A program made the translations under genes and the position numbers. The notes beneath the pieces were generated by a model that made no database searches, was not told the origin of the DNA, and was given only the letters and a program-made list of their open reading frames with translations. Below are positions 24,882-32,000 of a DNA stretch of 32,000 bases, one piece after another. Origin of the DNA: Alkalilimnicola ehrlichii MLHE-1. Lineage in GTDB: Bacteria > Pseudomonadota > Gammaproteobacteria > Nitrococcales > Halorhodospiraceae. Numbering within the stretch: the first letter of the stretch is position 1; every line of letters begins with the position of its first letter. The stretch is taken from NCBI RefSeq assembly GCF_000014785.1, contig NC_008340.1:150001-182000 (forward strand), in the 5' to 3' direction.

Positions 24882-25784
24882 ATGGCAGGGTTTGATTACC
24901 GGACCGCCTTCACCCGCAACGTGGGCTGGGTGACCGAAGAGGAGCTGCAGCGCCTGAGGCGGGCGCGGGTGGCTATCGCCGGCCTGGGTGGCGTCGGCGG
25001 AGCCCATCTGCTCACACTGGCGCGCCTGGGTGTCGGCGCCTTTCACATCTCCGACTTCGACCACTTCGAGTTGCACAACATGAACCGTCAGGCCGGGGCC
25101 TGCATGAGCCGGTTGGGCCAGCCCAAGGTCGAGGTCCTGGCGGAGATGGCCCGCGACATCAACCCCGAACTGGACCTGACCCTGTTTCCCGAGGGCGTGG
25201 GCCGGGGGAACCTGGCAGACTTCCTGGACGGGGTCGATGTCTACGTGGACGGCCTGGATTTTTTCGCCTTCGAGGCCCGCCGGCAGGTGTTCGCAGAGGT
25301 GGCCCGCCGGGGTATCCCCGCCGTCACGGTGGCCCCCCTGGGCATGGGCGGGGCGTTGCTTAACTTCGACCCGCAGGGCATGAGCTTCGACGCCTATTTC
25401 GACCTGCGCGACGGGCTCTCCGATGAGGACCTGGCGCTGCGCTTCATGATGGGCCTGGCCCCGGCCATGCTGCACATGGGCTACCTGGCCGATGCGGCGG
25501 CGGTGGATCTGGGCGCCCAGCGAGGGCCTTCCACCCCGATGGCCTGCGACCTGTGTGCCGGCATCATGGGCACCGAGGTGCTCAAGATCCTGCTGGGTCG
25601 CGGGCGGGTGGTCTGGGCCCCCCGGGGGATGCACTTTGACGCCTACCGGCAGCGCCTGGCTCACACCTGGCGCCCCGGGGGCAACCGCAACCCCTTGCAA
25701 CGGCTGCTGATGGCCATCGCCCGGCGGCGACTGGCGAAACTGCGCACGGCCCAGCGGCCGGCGCAGACTGGAGGTGCACGATGA
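24882..25784 (+). CDS. ThiF/MoeB/HesA-family (E1-like) adenylyltransferase
   Basis: ORF 24816..25784 trimmed to ATG 24882 (MAGFDYRTAFTRNVGWVTEEELQRL...), with a GGGAG SD 6 nt upstream; the upstream codons lie in the repeat array. Nucleotide-binding motif VAIAGLGGVGGAHLLTLARLGVG, then ISDFDHFELHNMNRQ. One CxxC (ACDLCAG). Confidence 0.8.
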   Translation: MAGFDYRTAFTRNVGWVTEEELQRLRRARVAIAGLGGVGGAHLLTLARLGVGAFHISDFDHFELHNMNRQAGACMSRLGQPKVEVLAEMARDINPELDLTLFPEGVGRGNLADFLDGVDVYVDGLDFFAFEARRQVFAEVARRGIPAVTVAPLGMGGALLNFDPQGMSFDAYFDLRDGLSDEDLALRFMMGLAPAMLHMGYLADAAAVDLGAQRGPSTPMACDLCAGIMGTEVLKILLGRGRVVWAPRGMHFDAYRQRLAHTWRPGGNRNPLQRLLMAIARRRLAKLRTAQRPAQTGGAR

Positions 25785-26590
25785 GCGAATGGTGGCGTGG
25801 CCGGTTTCTCGCCGGTGGCGTTTTGATCCTGGCCCTGGCCGGGCCGGTAGCTGCCGACGAGGAGGCGGGCCGGGCCCTGGCCCAGGCGGTCTATGACCGG
25901 CCGGATGGCGACGACGCAGTCACCCGCGGCCGCATGGTGCTCGGCGGCGAGGGCCGGCGTGAGCGGGTGCGTGAGAGTTATGAATACCGCCTGGACGGCG
26001 ACGACGGCGAGAGCTGGAACCTCATCCGGTTCACCCACCCCGCCAACATCGCGGATACCGGGTTGCTGGTCCACAACCGGCCGGACGACGCCAGCGACCA
26101 GTGGCTGTTTCTGCCGGCGGCCCAGCGGGTGCGCCGGATTAGCAGCGAGAACCGGGGCGGCAGCTTCGTGCAGTCGGAGCTCTGGTTCGAGGACCTGGAG
26201 GACCGCGAGCCCCACGAGGACACCCACCGTCTTCTGGGGGAGGACCACTACCAGGGGGTGGAGGTCAAGCTGCTGGCGAGCGTCCCTGTCGACCCCGATA
26301 ATTCGGTCTATAGCAAGCGGCTGAGCTGGGTGCATCCCGATACCCTGATCCCGCTGCGCATCGACTTCTACCAGTCCGGCGAGGAGCCGGTGAAGCGCCT
26401 GACGGTGGATCGCATCGAGCGGATTCAGGGGTACTGGACAGTGATGCGCAGCACCATGGCCGACCTGCGCCGCGGCCGGGAAACCACACTGGAAGTCGAG
26501 GAAGTGGTGTATGACCAGGGACTGCCCCGTGACCTGTTCACCAGCCGGGCCCTCTCCGACCCGACTCTGGAGCGTGACTATCGCCCCTGA
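25781..26590 (+). CDS. Outer-membrane lipoprotein-sorting protein family (LolA-like fold), periplasmic
   Basis: 269-aa ORF with a GGAGG SD and an ATGA overlap with the ThiF-like stop. Signal peptide MSEWWRGRFLAGGVLILALAGPVAA/DE. Family-typical core DQWLFLPAAQRVRRISSENRGGSFVQSELWFEDLEDRE. Confidence 0.75.
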   Translation: MSEWWRGRFLAGGVLILALAGPVAADEEAGRALAQAVYDRPDGDDAVTRGRMVLGGEGRRERVRESYEYRLDGDDGESWNLIRFTHPANIADTGLLVHNRPDDASDQWLFLPAAQRVRRISSENRGGSFVQSELWFEDLEDREPHEDTHRLLGEDHYQGVEVKLLASVPVDPDNSVYSKRLSWVHPDTLIPLRIDFYQSGEEPVKRLTVDRIERIQGYWTVMRSTMADLRRGRETTLEVEEVVYDQGLPRDLFTSRALSDPTLERDYRP

Positions 26591-28007
26591 GCGCGAGCGC
26601 ACGCATTGGACCGGCTTCGTGTTGTCCTGTGTCATCCTGGCGCTGCTGTTGGCCGTGCTACTGACGGCCCCCGCCGCCGCAGAGGACGTGCTGATCTTCG
26701 GCGAGCCGGACCCGGACGAGCCGGAACCGCCGGAGGCGGAGGCCGCCGAGATGCCCTCCCCCTGGGACACCCGCATCGAGCGCGGCCTGCTGGAGCTGGG
26801 CCAACTGGCCGCCAACCGGCGCACCGCCGATTTCAGCCACCACGGTCGGGCCGAGTTCCGCGCCGGCCGCACGCTGGCCGGAGACTGGGAGCTGCGCCTG
26901 GGCGCCCGCCTGGACGGCCACTGGCAGGGCGGGGGCGAGCGCTCCGGCGTCTCGCGGTTGGACGCCGACTACGCCGAGAACTGGCTGCGTTACCGGGGCC
27001 GCGATTGGCGGCTCACCGTCGGGACCCAGCGGGTACTCTGGGGGCGGGTGGATGAGATCCCGCCCACCGACCGCCTGAGCACCAAGGACCTCACCCGCTT
27101 TGCGCTGGACGAGATGGTGGACCGGCGACGGACCAATCCCGCTGTCCGCCTGGAGTTCTACCAGGCCGGCTGGGCGGTGGACCTGCTGTTCCTGCCGCTC
27201 TTCCGCCCCGCGGAGCTGCCCGACCGGGACAGCGTCTGGCATCCGGTGGACCGCGAGCGTGGCCGGCTCTTCGGCCTCCCGGCGGACCCCGCCCTGGCAC
27301 CCTTCATCCGTGACGCCCGCATCGACGACGATGTCTCCGGCGATGGCGATGGCGGGGGCGGGGTGCGCCTTAGCCGCGGCGGCGCCGGTGCGGACTTCGC
27401 CCTCACCCTCCAGCGTGCGCGCCACTCCCAGCCCCACTACCGGGTGGACGACGCCACCCGCGCCGCCCTGCTGGGCGCGGGCCCGCCGCCGGATCGGCCC
27501 ACGTTGCATGCCGAGCACCCGCGCACCTGGGTGGTGGGCGGCGACCTGGCCACGGAACTGGGCGCCTGGACCCTGCGTGCCGAGGCCGCCTGGCTCAGTG
27601 ACGTGCCGGTCACCCGGGCCGATGACCTGCGCCAGCGGACGGTGGCGGGTTTTGACTGGGTGCTGGGCGTGGAGGGCTTTCCCGGGGATCGCGACTTCCG
27701 CACCACCCTGCAGGTGGCCGGGCAGCACCTGGACGGTGCCGGGGGGGTGCTGGAGGCGCGCGAGGCCTACTACCTGACCGGCGAACTGGAAAACCCCTTC
27801 GCCGACCACCAGTGGCGGGCCCGGGTGCGCTTCTCCGCGGGGCTCGACCGCCGCGATGTCTATCTGAACCCGGAACTGGCCTGGATCGGCTTCGAACCCC
27901 ACGAGTTCTACGCCGGCCTGCACTGGTTGGACGGGCGTGATGACACCGCTGGCGGGTTTTACCGGGACAACCGCATGCTGGTGCTGGGCTGGCGGGGACA
28001 GTTCTGA
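26574..28007 (+). CDS. Putative outer-membrane beta-barrel protein (family not recognised)
   Basis: ORF 26511..28007. The start is uncertain: ATG 26511 has a GAGGA SD but overlaps the upstream gene by 80 nt; GTG 26574 and GTG 26619 are alternatives. Hydrophobic signal sequence FVLSCVILALLLAVLLTAPAAA/ED, amphipathic strand-like repeats, and a C-terminal ...LVLGWRGQF (terminal Phe, an OM-barrel signature). Confidence 0.6.
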   Translation: MTIAPERERTHWTGFVLSCVILALLLAVLLTAPAAAEDVLIFGEPDPDEPEPPEAEAAEMPSPWDTRIERGLLELGQLAANRRTADFSHHGRAEFRAGRTLAGDWELRLGARLDGHWQGGGERSGVSRLDADYAENWLRYRGRDWRLTVGTQRVLWGRVDEIPPTDRLSTKDLTRFALDEMVDRRRTNPAVRLEFYQAGWAVDLLFLPLFRPAELPDRDSVWHPVDRERGRLFGLPADPALAPFIRDARIDDDVSGDGDGGGGVRLSRGGAGADFALTLQRARHSQPHYRVDDATRAALLGAGPPPDRPTLHAEHPRTWVVGGDLATELGAWTLRAEAAWLSDVPVTRADDLRQRTVAGFDWVLGVEGFPGDRDFRTTLQVAGQHLDGAGGVLEAREAYYLTGELENPFADHQWRARVRFSAGLDRRDVYLNPELAWIGFEPHEFYAGLHWLDGRDDTAGGFYRDNRMLVLGWRGQF

Positions 28008-30262
28008 TGCGCTGGCTGCTGGACCGCCCCCGTCTTGCCCTGGCCGTGCTCGCGCTGCTGGTGCTGGGGCCGGGGCCGATGCTGCTGCAGGTCAACCTGG
28101 ACAACGCGCCGGAGGCCTATTTCCCGCTGGACGCCCCGGCAGTGGTGCTGGACAACGAGCTGCGGGAGGAATTCCCCCAGGATCAGGTGCTGGTGGCGCT
28201 GTTCGAGGGGGAGCACCTGTTCGAGGCGGATTTCCTTGGCCGGCTGCACGCCCTCGCCGAGGCCCTGGAGGGCAAGGAGCGGGTGGAGCGGGTGCTCGGC
28301 CTGACCAGCACCGACCACATCCGCGCCACGGCGGACGGCTTTGCCGTGGAACCGCTGGTGGACGCCTCCGCGCTGGACCGGTTCGACCCCGCGGGCTGGC
28401 GCGCGCGGGCGCTGGGCGACACCTTTGCCCCCGGCCTGATTGTCGCCCACGACGGGGAGGCCACGGCCCTGGTGGTCCGCCCCCACGTGCTGGAGGACAG
28501 CCTGCAGCGCCTGGAGCTGGAGCAGTCGCTGCGCCGCGCCATCAAGGCCCACGGCCTGAGCGCGGAGCTGACCGCCATCGCCGGCCATGTGGCGCTGGAC
28601 GTGGCCCAACTCCGGGCCATGATCGGCGACCTGGCCCTGCTGGTGCCCGGCACCATGGGCATCGGCCTGCTGCTGCTCTGGTGGTTGTTCCGGCGCTGGC
28701 TGGTGGTGGGGCTGGCCGCGGCCACCATCAGCGCCGTCACCGGCTCGGCGCTTACCCTGCTGGTAGTCACCGGCAAGCCCTTCACCCTGATCACCGCCAT
28801 CATGCCGCCGCTGCTCACCGCGCTGACGGTGGCGATGATGATGCATTACTTCAACGCCGTGCTGCACGCCGCCCAGCGCGGTTACACCGGCCGCGCCCGG
28901 GTGGAGGCGGCCTTGCAGGCCGTGGCCCGGCCCACCCTGTTCATGGCCCTGACCACCGCCGCCGGCCTGGCCTCGCTCAGCGTCAGCCCCATCCGCCCCA
29001 TCGAGGCCTTCGGCCAGGTCTCCGCCTTTGGGGTGCTGGTGGCCGCCGCCTGCGTACTCGGGCTGCTGCCGCCGATCCTGGCCCGGTATGATCGCGGCCC
29101 CTGGGTGCGGCAGCAGCGGGGCATGCGCCGGCTCGACGGCTTCCTGCGGCTGGCCGCGCACCTGGCGGTACGCCGGGCCGGCTGGGTGGTGGCCGCGGCG
29201 GTGCTGGTCTTCGCTGTCGCCATCCCGCAGATCCGCCACGTGGAGGTGGAAACCGATCTTTACGCCTTCTTCGACGAGGGCCACGAGATCACCCGCGCCA
29301 CCCGCCAGGTGGAGGAGCGCCTCGCCGGGGTGATGGCCATGGAGGTGGTCTTCGACGGCCCCGACTGGGACAGCCTGATGGCGCCGGAGCGGCTGCAGGC
29401 CATCCACGCGGTGCAGGCCTGGCTGGATGCCCGCCCGGAGGTGGATTACAGCCTGTCGCTGCCGGATCTGGTGGCGGAGATGCACTGGGCCTTCAACGAG
29501 GAGGACCCGGACTACCGCGCCGTGCCCGACAACGAACCGCTGGTCGCCCAGTACCTGTTCATCTACGACGGCCAGGACCTGTGGGACGTGGTGGACCGCG
29601 ACTTCACCCGCAGCCGGCTGTTGCTCAACCTCAACGCCACCGGTGCCCAGGAACTCAATACCCTGATGGCTGACCTGCGGGGCCACCTGGAGGCCGAACC
29701 GCCGGCCGATCTGGCGTGGGATATCGCCGGTATGGGCCGGCTGTTCGCGGATCAGGAGCGGCTGCTGATCCAGGGGCAGTTGCACAGCTTGATGGTCGTG
29801 GTGGCGCTGCTCGCCGTGCTGATGCTCCTGATGTGGCGGTCCGTCTCCGTGGCCGCCGTCAGTATGGTGCCCAACCTCACCCCCATCGTGCTCATCTTCT
29901 CGCTGATGGGTCTGCTGGGTATCTGGCTGGACATGGCCACCGCCATGATCGCCAGTGTCGCGGTGGGGATCGCCGTGGACGACACCATCCACATCCTCCA
30001 TGCTTACCTGCGCCGCCGGCGCGCCGGCAGCCCGGCGGCCTGGGCGGTGGCCCGCAGCTTCCGCCAGAGCGGGCGGGCGGTGACGGCCACCACCCTGGTG
30101 TTGATCGCCCAGTTCCTGCTGGTGGCCCTGTCGGACTTCCAGCCCACCCAGAGCTTCGGCCTGCTCACGGCCTTCGGGCTGGCAGCGGCGCTGGTGTACG
30201 ACCTGCTGGTGCTGCCGGCAGTGCTGGTGCTGCTGAGCCGGGTCCAACGGTTGAAAGAATGA
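28007..30262 (+). CDS. MMPL / RND-superfamily inner-membrane exporter (HpnN-like lipid transporter architecture)
   Basis: 751-aa ORF; the start shares a base with the upstream stop (TGATG 28005..28009). Two repeats of one TM + periplasmic loop + a five-TM bundle (e.g. LALLVPGTMGIGLLLLWWLF..., MVVVALLAVLMLLMW...PNLTPIVLIFSLMGLLGIWLDMATAMIASVAVGIAVDDTIHIL). Confidence 0.85.
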   Translation: MRWLLDRPRLALAVLALLVLGPGPMLLQVNLDNAPEAYFPLDAPAVVLDNELREEFPQDQVLVALFEGEHLFEADFLGRLHALAEALEGKERVERVLGLTSTDHIRATADGFAVEPLVDASALDRFDPAGWRARALGDTFAPGLIVAHDGEATALVVRPHVLEDSLQRLELEQSLRRAIKAHGLSAELTAIAGHVALDVAQLRAMIGDLALLVPGTMGIGLLLLWWLFRRWLVVGLAAATISAVTGSALTLLVVTGKPFTLITAIMPPLLTALTVAMMMHYFNAVLHAAQRGYTGRARVEAALQAVARPTLFMALTTAAGLASLSVSPIRPIEAFGQVSAFGVLVAAACVLGLLPPILARYDRGPWVRQQRGMRRLDGFLRLAAHLAVRRAGWVVAAAVLVFAVAIPQIRHVEVETDLYAFFDEGHEITRATRQVEERLAGVMAMEVVFDGPDWDSLMAPERLQAIHAVQAWLDARPEVDYSLSLPDLVAEMHWAFNEEDPDYRAVPDNEPLVAQYLFIYDGQDLWDVVDRDFTRSRLLLNLNATGAQELNTLMADLRGHLEAEPPADLAWDIAGMGRLFADQERLLIQGQLHSLMVVVALLAVLMLLMWRSVSVAAVSMVPNLTPIVLIFSLMGLLGIWLDMATAMIASVAVGIAVDDTIHILHAYLRRRRAGSPAAWAVARSFRQSGRAVTATTLVLIAQFLLVALSDFQPTQSFGLLTAFGLAAALVYDLLVLPAVLVLLSRVQRLKE

Positions 30263-30528
30263 AGCCAGTGGGGGTTGTCGGCCGGCTTTACAGCGATGGG
30301 TGATCGATAACCGACTGGTTTGTCGAGATTTTCCTGGGCCTCTGTGCTGCAGGCCCCGTTGCCCCCGGAATCTCCCCCGATTCGCTGTCAATCCGCTTTA
30401 CAGACTCCGTGCTTTCTCCGTCAGGGATGCGCTGGGACAGACCTAATTCCGGGTGGCATCTCCAGGAAGGTCGTTTGTCGCCAATAAATTCAGTCACTTG
30501 TGATGCGCTTCTGGATGATTGTTCATCT

Positions 30529-30544
30529 TGGCATGGTGTCTGCT
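30529..30544 (+). promoter_or_regulatory. Candidate sigma-54 (RpoN) -24/-12 promoter for the PEP-CTERM gene
   Basis: TGGCAT-GGTGT-CTGCT against the consensus TGGCAC-N5-TTGCW. The GG (30530-31) and GC (30542-43) are exactly 12 nt apart as required. It lies about 90 nt upstream of ATG 30633 in a GC-poor non-coding stretch. Confidence 0.5.
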
Positions 30545-30632
30545 TCTAGTGAACGACAAGAGGTGGTTTGCCGGCCTTAGGGCCGAACCCGCGATGGGTT
30601 CATCGCACTACATTGATCATCAGGAGAGGCTC

Positions 30633-31610
30633 ATGAACACAAAAAGACTCATGCTCGCTTCGCTTTGCGCGGGCACCTTCGCCTTCGGCGCGGGCGCTGC
30701 ATCGGCGGCGGAGATCATCGACTTTGATATCGACCTGGATGCCACGGCGGATTTCAGCGGCGGGGTTAGCGATGTTCGGCGTATCCAGTTCGACTTGAAT
30801 ACCCAGACCTTTCAATATGTGCAGGATCCGCTGAACCCCGTCCAAGTTGGGGATGTATTCTTCGACCGCGGTTATGGCGATGCCTCTGCGTACCGGACCT
30901 CGGGCGGTGGTTCCGCCGTTCAAGAGCCCGGAGGAGACTTTTTGGGCATTACCTACTCCATGGGGCTGCTATGGGATGAGCTCCGCGGGGTGATTACCTC
31001 GGCGGGTGCCAATGCCGCCGGTGATTGGGTGGTGACCGCCGACTACACCTCGGTGGGTCCCAACAACTTCCAGTTGTTCGTCGCGGACCTCAACCCCGGG
31101 TATGGCCAGGACTATGACGGGGCCGCCGCCCACTTCTCGGGGGGCGAGCAGGTCATGGAGATGGCGTTGGTGCAGGGTGACAGTATCCTCGAATTCGAAG
31201 GCGGTCCGGCTGGGGATTTTGTCGAGGGGACATTCACCTTCGAGTTCCAGGTGATTGACGTGTTGCCGGGCTTCTGGTTCACCAGCGATGGCGAGGACTT
31301 CGCCGATCTGATCGAGGATGACGAGGGGGCGCCCACCTTCATCGTCAGCGCCTTCGCCAGCGCCGGTACTATCCAGGAGCCGCCGCCCGAGACCTTCTTC
31401 GGCGATGACGCTAATAGCGACGCGTTCGGCGACGAGCGGGAGGGCCAGACCCTGTTCAGCGAGACCCAGTCCACCCACGATGGCAGCCTGCGCTTCGCGG
31501 TGCCGGAGCCGGGTACCCTGGCGCTGATGGGCACCGCTCTGCTGATCCTCGGTGGCCTCCTGGGTGTGGGTGGCATCCGCCGCCGCACCGGGTCGGCACA
31601 AGCGGCCTGA
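30633..31610 (+). CDS. PEP-CTERM sorting-domain protein (exosortase substrate), acidic secreted protein
   Basis: ORF 30519..31610 trimmed to ATG 30633, with an AGGAGA SD 5 nt upstream. Signal peptide MNTKRLMLASLCAGTFAFGAGAASA/AE. The C-terminus VPEPGTLALMGTALLILGGLLGVGGIRRR is the PEP motif + TM helix + Arg cluster. Confidence 0.85.
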   Translation: MNTKRLMLASLCAGTFAFGAGAASAAEIIDFDIDLDATADFSGGVSDVRRIQFDLNTQTFQYVQDPLNPVQVGDVFFDRGYGDASAYRTSGGGSAVQEPGGDFLGITYSMGLLWDELRGVITSAGANAAGDWVVTADYTSVGPNNFQLFVADLNPGYGQDYDGAAAHFSGGEQVMEMALVQGDSILEFEGGPAGDFVEGTFTFEFQVIDVLPGFWFTSDGEDFADLIEDDEGAPTFIVSAFASAGTIQEPPPETFFGDDANSDAFGDEREGQTLFSETQSTHDGSLRFAVPEPGTLALMGTALLILGGLLGVGGIRRRTGSAQAA

Positions 31611-31672
31611 AGCAACCGCTGTAGGGCGCTATAATAGCCCAGTAGTTACCCGGTAAGCGTAGTGACCGACCT

Positions 31673-31704
31673 GAAGGGCCCCTCCCGGGGCCCTTCGTTT
31701 TTTT
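31673..31704 (+). terminator. Rho-independent terminator
   Basis: Perfect 10-bp GC-rich stem GAAGGGCCCC / GGGGCCCTTC with a 4-nt loop (TCCC), followed by G + T7. It lies 63 nt after the PEP-CTERM gene stop. Confidence 0.85.
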
Positions 31705-31838
31705 AGGTTACCTGTTCTTCTGTCGATGGCACCGGCTTGCCCTCACACCCGCCGCTCCGATGGCTCCGGATCCTCCGCTTCCTCCATTGCGAGCGCAGCC
31801 CCTGTCAGTCAGAGTAAGGGCTGAAGGCTTCCCCCGCC

Positions 31839-32000
31839 GTCATCGCGAGGGCCGAAGGCCCGTGGCGATCCAGGGCGGTAGACTGCCACGTCGGCTTCGC
31901 CTCCTCGCAGTGACGGTGGGGGCGCTCGCAGTGACGTGCCGGGCCTCGTCATTGCGGAGAGCGAGCCCCCTCACCCCTGTCATTGCGAGGAGCGGGCCCC
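31839..32000 (-). repeat. Inverted copy of the 76-nt hairpin element plus further half-elements; cluster continues past the window end
   Basis: 31839-31914 is the reverse complement of unit 24217-24292 with 73/76 identity. It shares that unit's variant core (GCCGACGTGGCAGTCTACCGC) rather than the majority core. It is followed by GGTGGGGGCGC (reverse complement of the array linker) and by GTCATTGCG(A/G)G half-sites at 31948-31960 and 31979-31994. Confidence 0.85.

Noticed and set aside
27959-30391. 810-aa minus-strand ORF, and similar long antisense ORFs (e.g. 1668..2810 +, 2899..4440 -, 6092..7576 +, 8766..10613 +, 12819..14549 +, 17263..19002 +, 25661..26872 -)
   Set aside because: They lie opposite genes with clear family signatures. 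Their products are Arg/Pro/Gly/Ala/His/Gln-rich low-complexity strings with no motifs, the typical stop-codon-poor shadow frames of ~70% GC DNA.
30288-30497. 69-aa minus-strand ORF in the gap between the MMPL gene and the PEP-CTERM gene
   Set aside because: It has no SD and no recognisable motif. It sits in GC-poor DNA that better fits a promoter/enhancer region for the downstream sigma-54-type promoter.
24217-31914. Transposon or integron cassette interpretation of the repeat-flanked block
   Set aside because: No transposase, integrase or recombinase ORF lies inside or next to the block. The repeats lack attC-type RYYYAAC/GTTRRRY cores, and no target-site duplication was visible. Kept only as a 'recombination-prone bracket' finding.

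Overview
High-GC (about 68-70%) proteobacterial DNA carrying a PEP-CTERM / exosortase A (XrtA) exopolysaccharide locus plus an adjacent accessory module. Taxon cannot be assigned from sequence alone; the very acidic secreted protein hints at a halophilic or alkaliphilic gammaproteobacterium. Family names below are recognised from motifs and memory, not from database searches. (1) 1-21498, almost all minus strand: one tightly packed operon, epsF-like chain-length determinant, epsG-like BY-kinase, OM beta-barrel, ExeA-like ATPase, polysaccharide deacetylase, FemAB-family protein, GT, XrtA-EpsI fusion, GT, canonical AsnB-type amidotransferase, two more GTs and a PaaK/CapK-like ligase. A single opposite-strand AsnB paralog with a degenerate glutaminase domain follows, then an ACP, a hydrolase-GT2 fusion and a truncated acyl-CoA ligase. 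(2) 21499-21848: AT-richer divergent control region. (3) 21849-31610, plus strand: a PilZ-domain protein; two tandem LuxI-fold 'exosortase-associated' acyltransferases; a 0.6-kb mosaic array of 76-nt hairpin repeats; a translationally coupled four-gene set (ThiF/E1-like adenylyltransferase, LolA-like protein, putative OM barrel, MMPL/RND exporter); and a sigma-54-type promoter driving a lysine-free, acidic PEP-CTERM protein with a clean intrinsic terminator. An inverted copy of the hairpin repeat (73/76 identical) reappears at 31839-31914, so the ThiF-to-PEP-CTERM segment is bracketed by inverted repeat clusters. The most interesting candidate for an undescribed system is this acyltransferase + E1-like + envelope lipid-export module attached to the exosortase locus. 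No rRNA, tRNA, CRISPR, transposase or integrase was seen.
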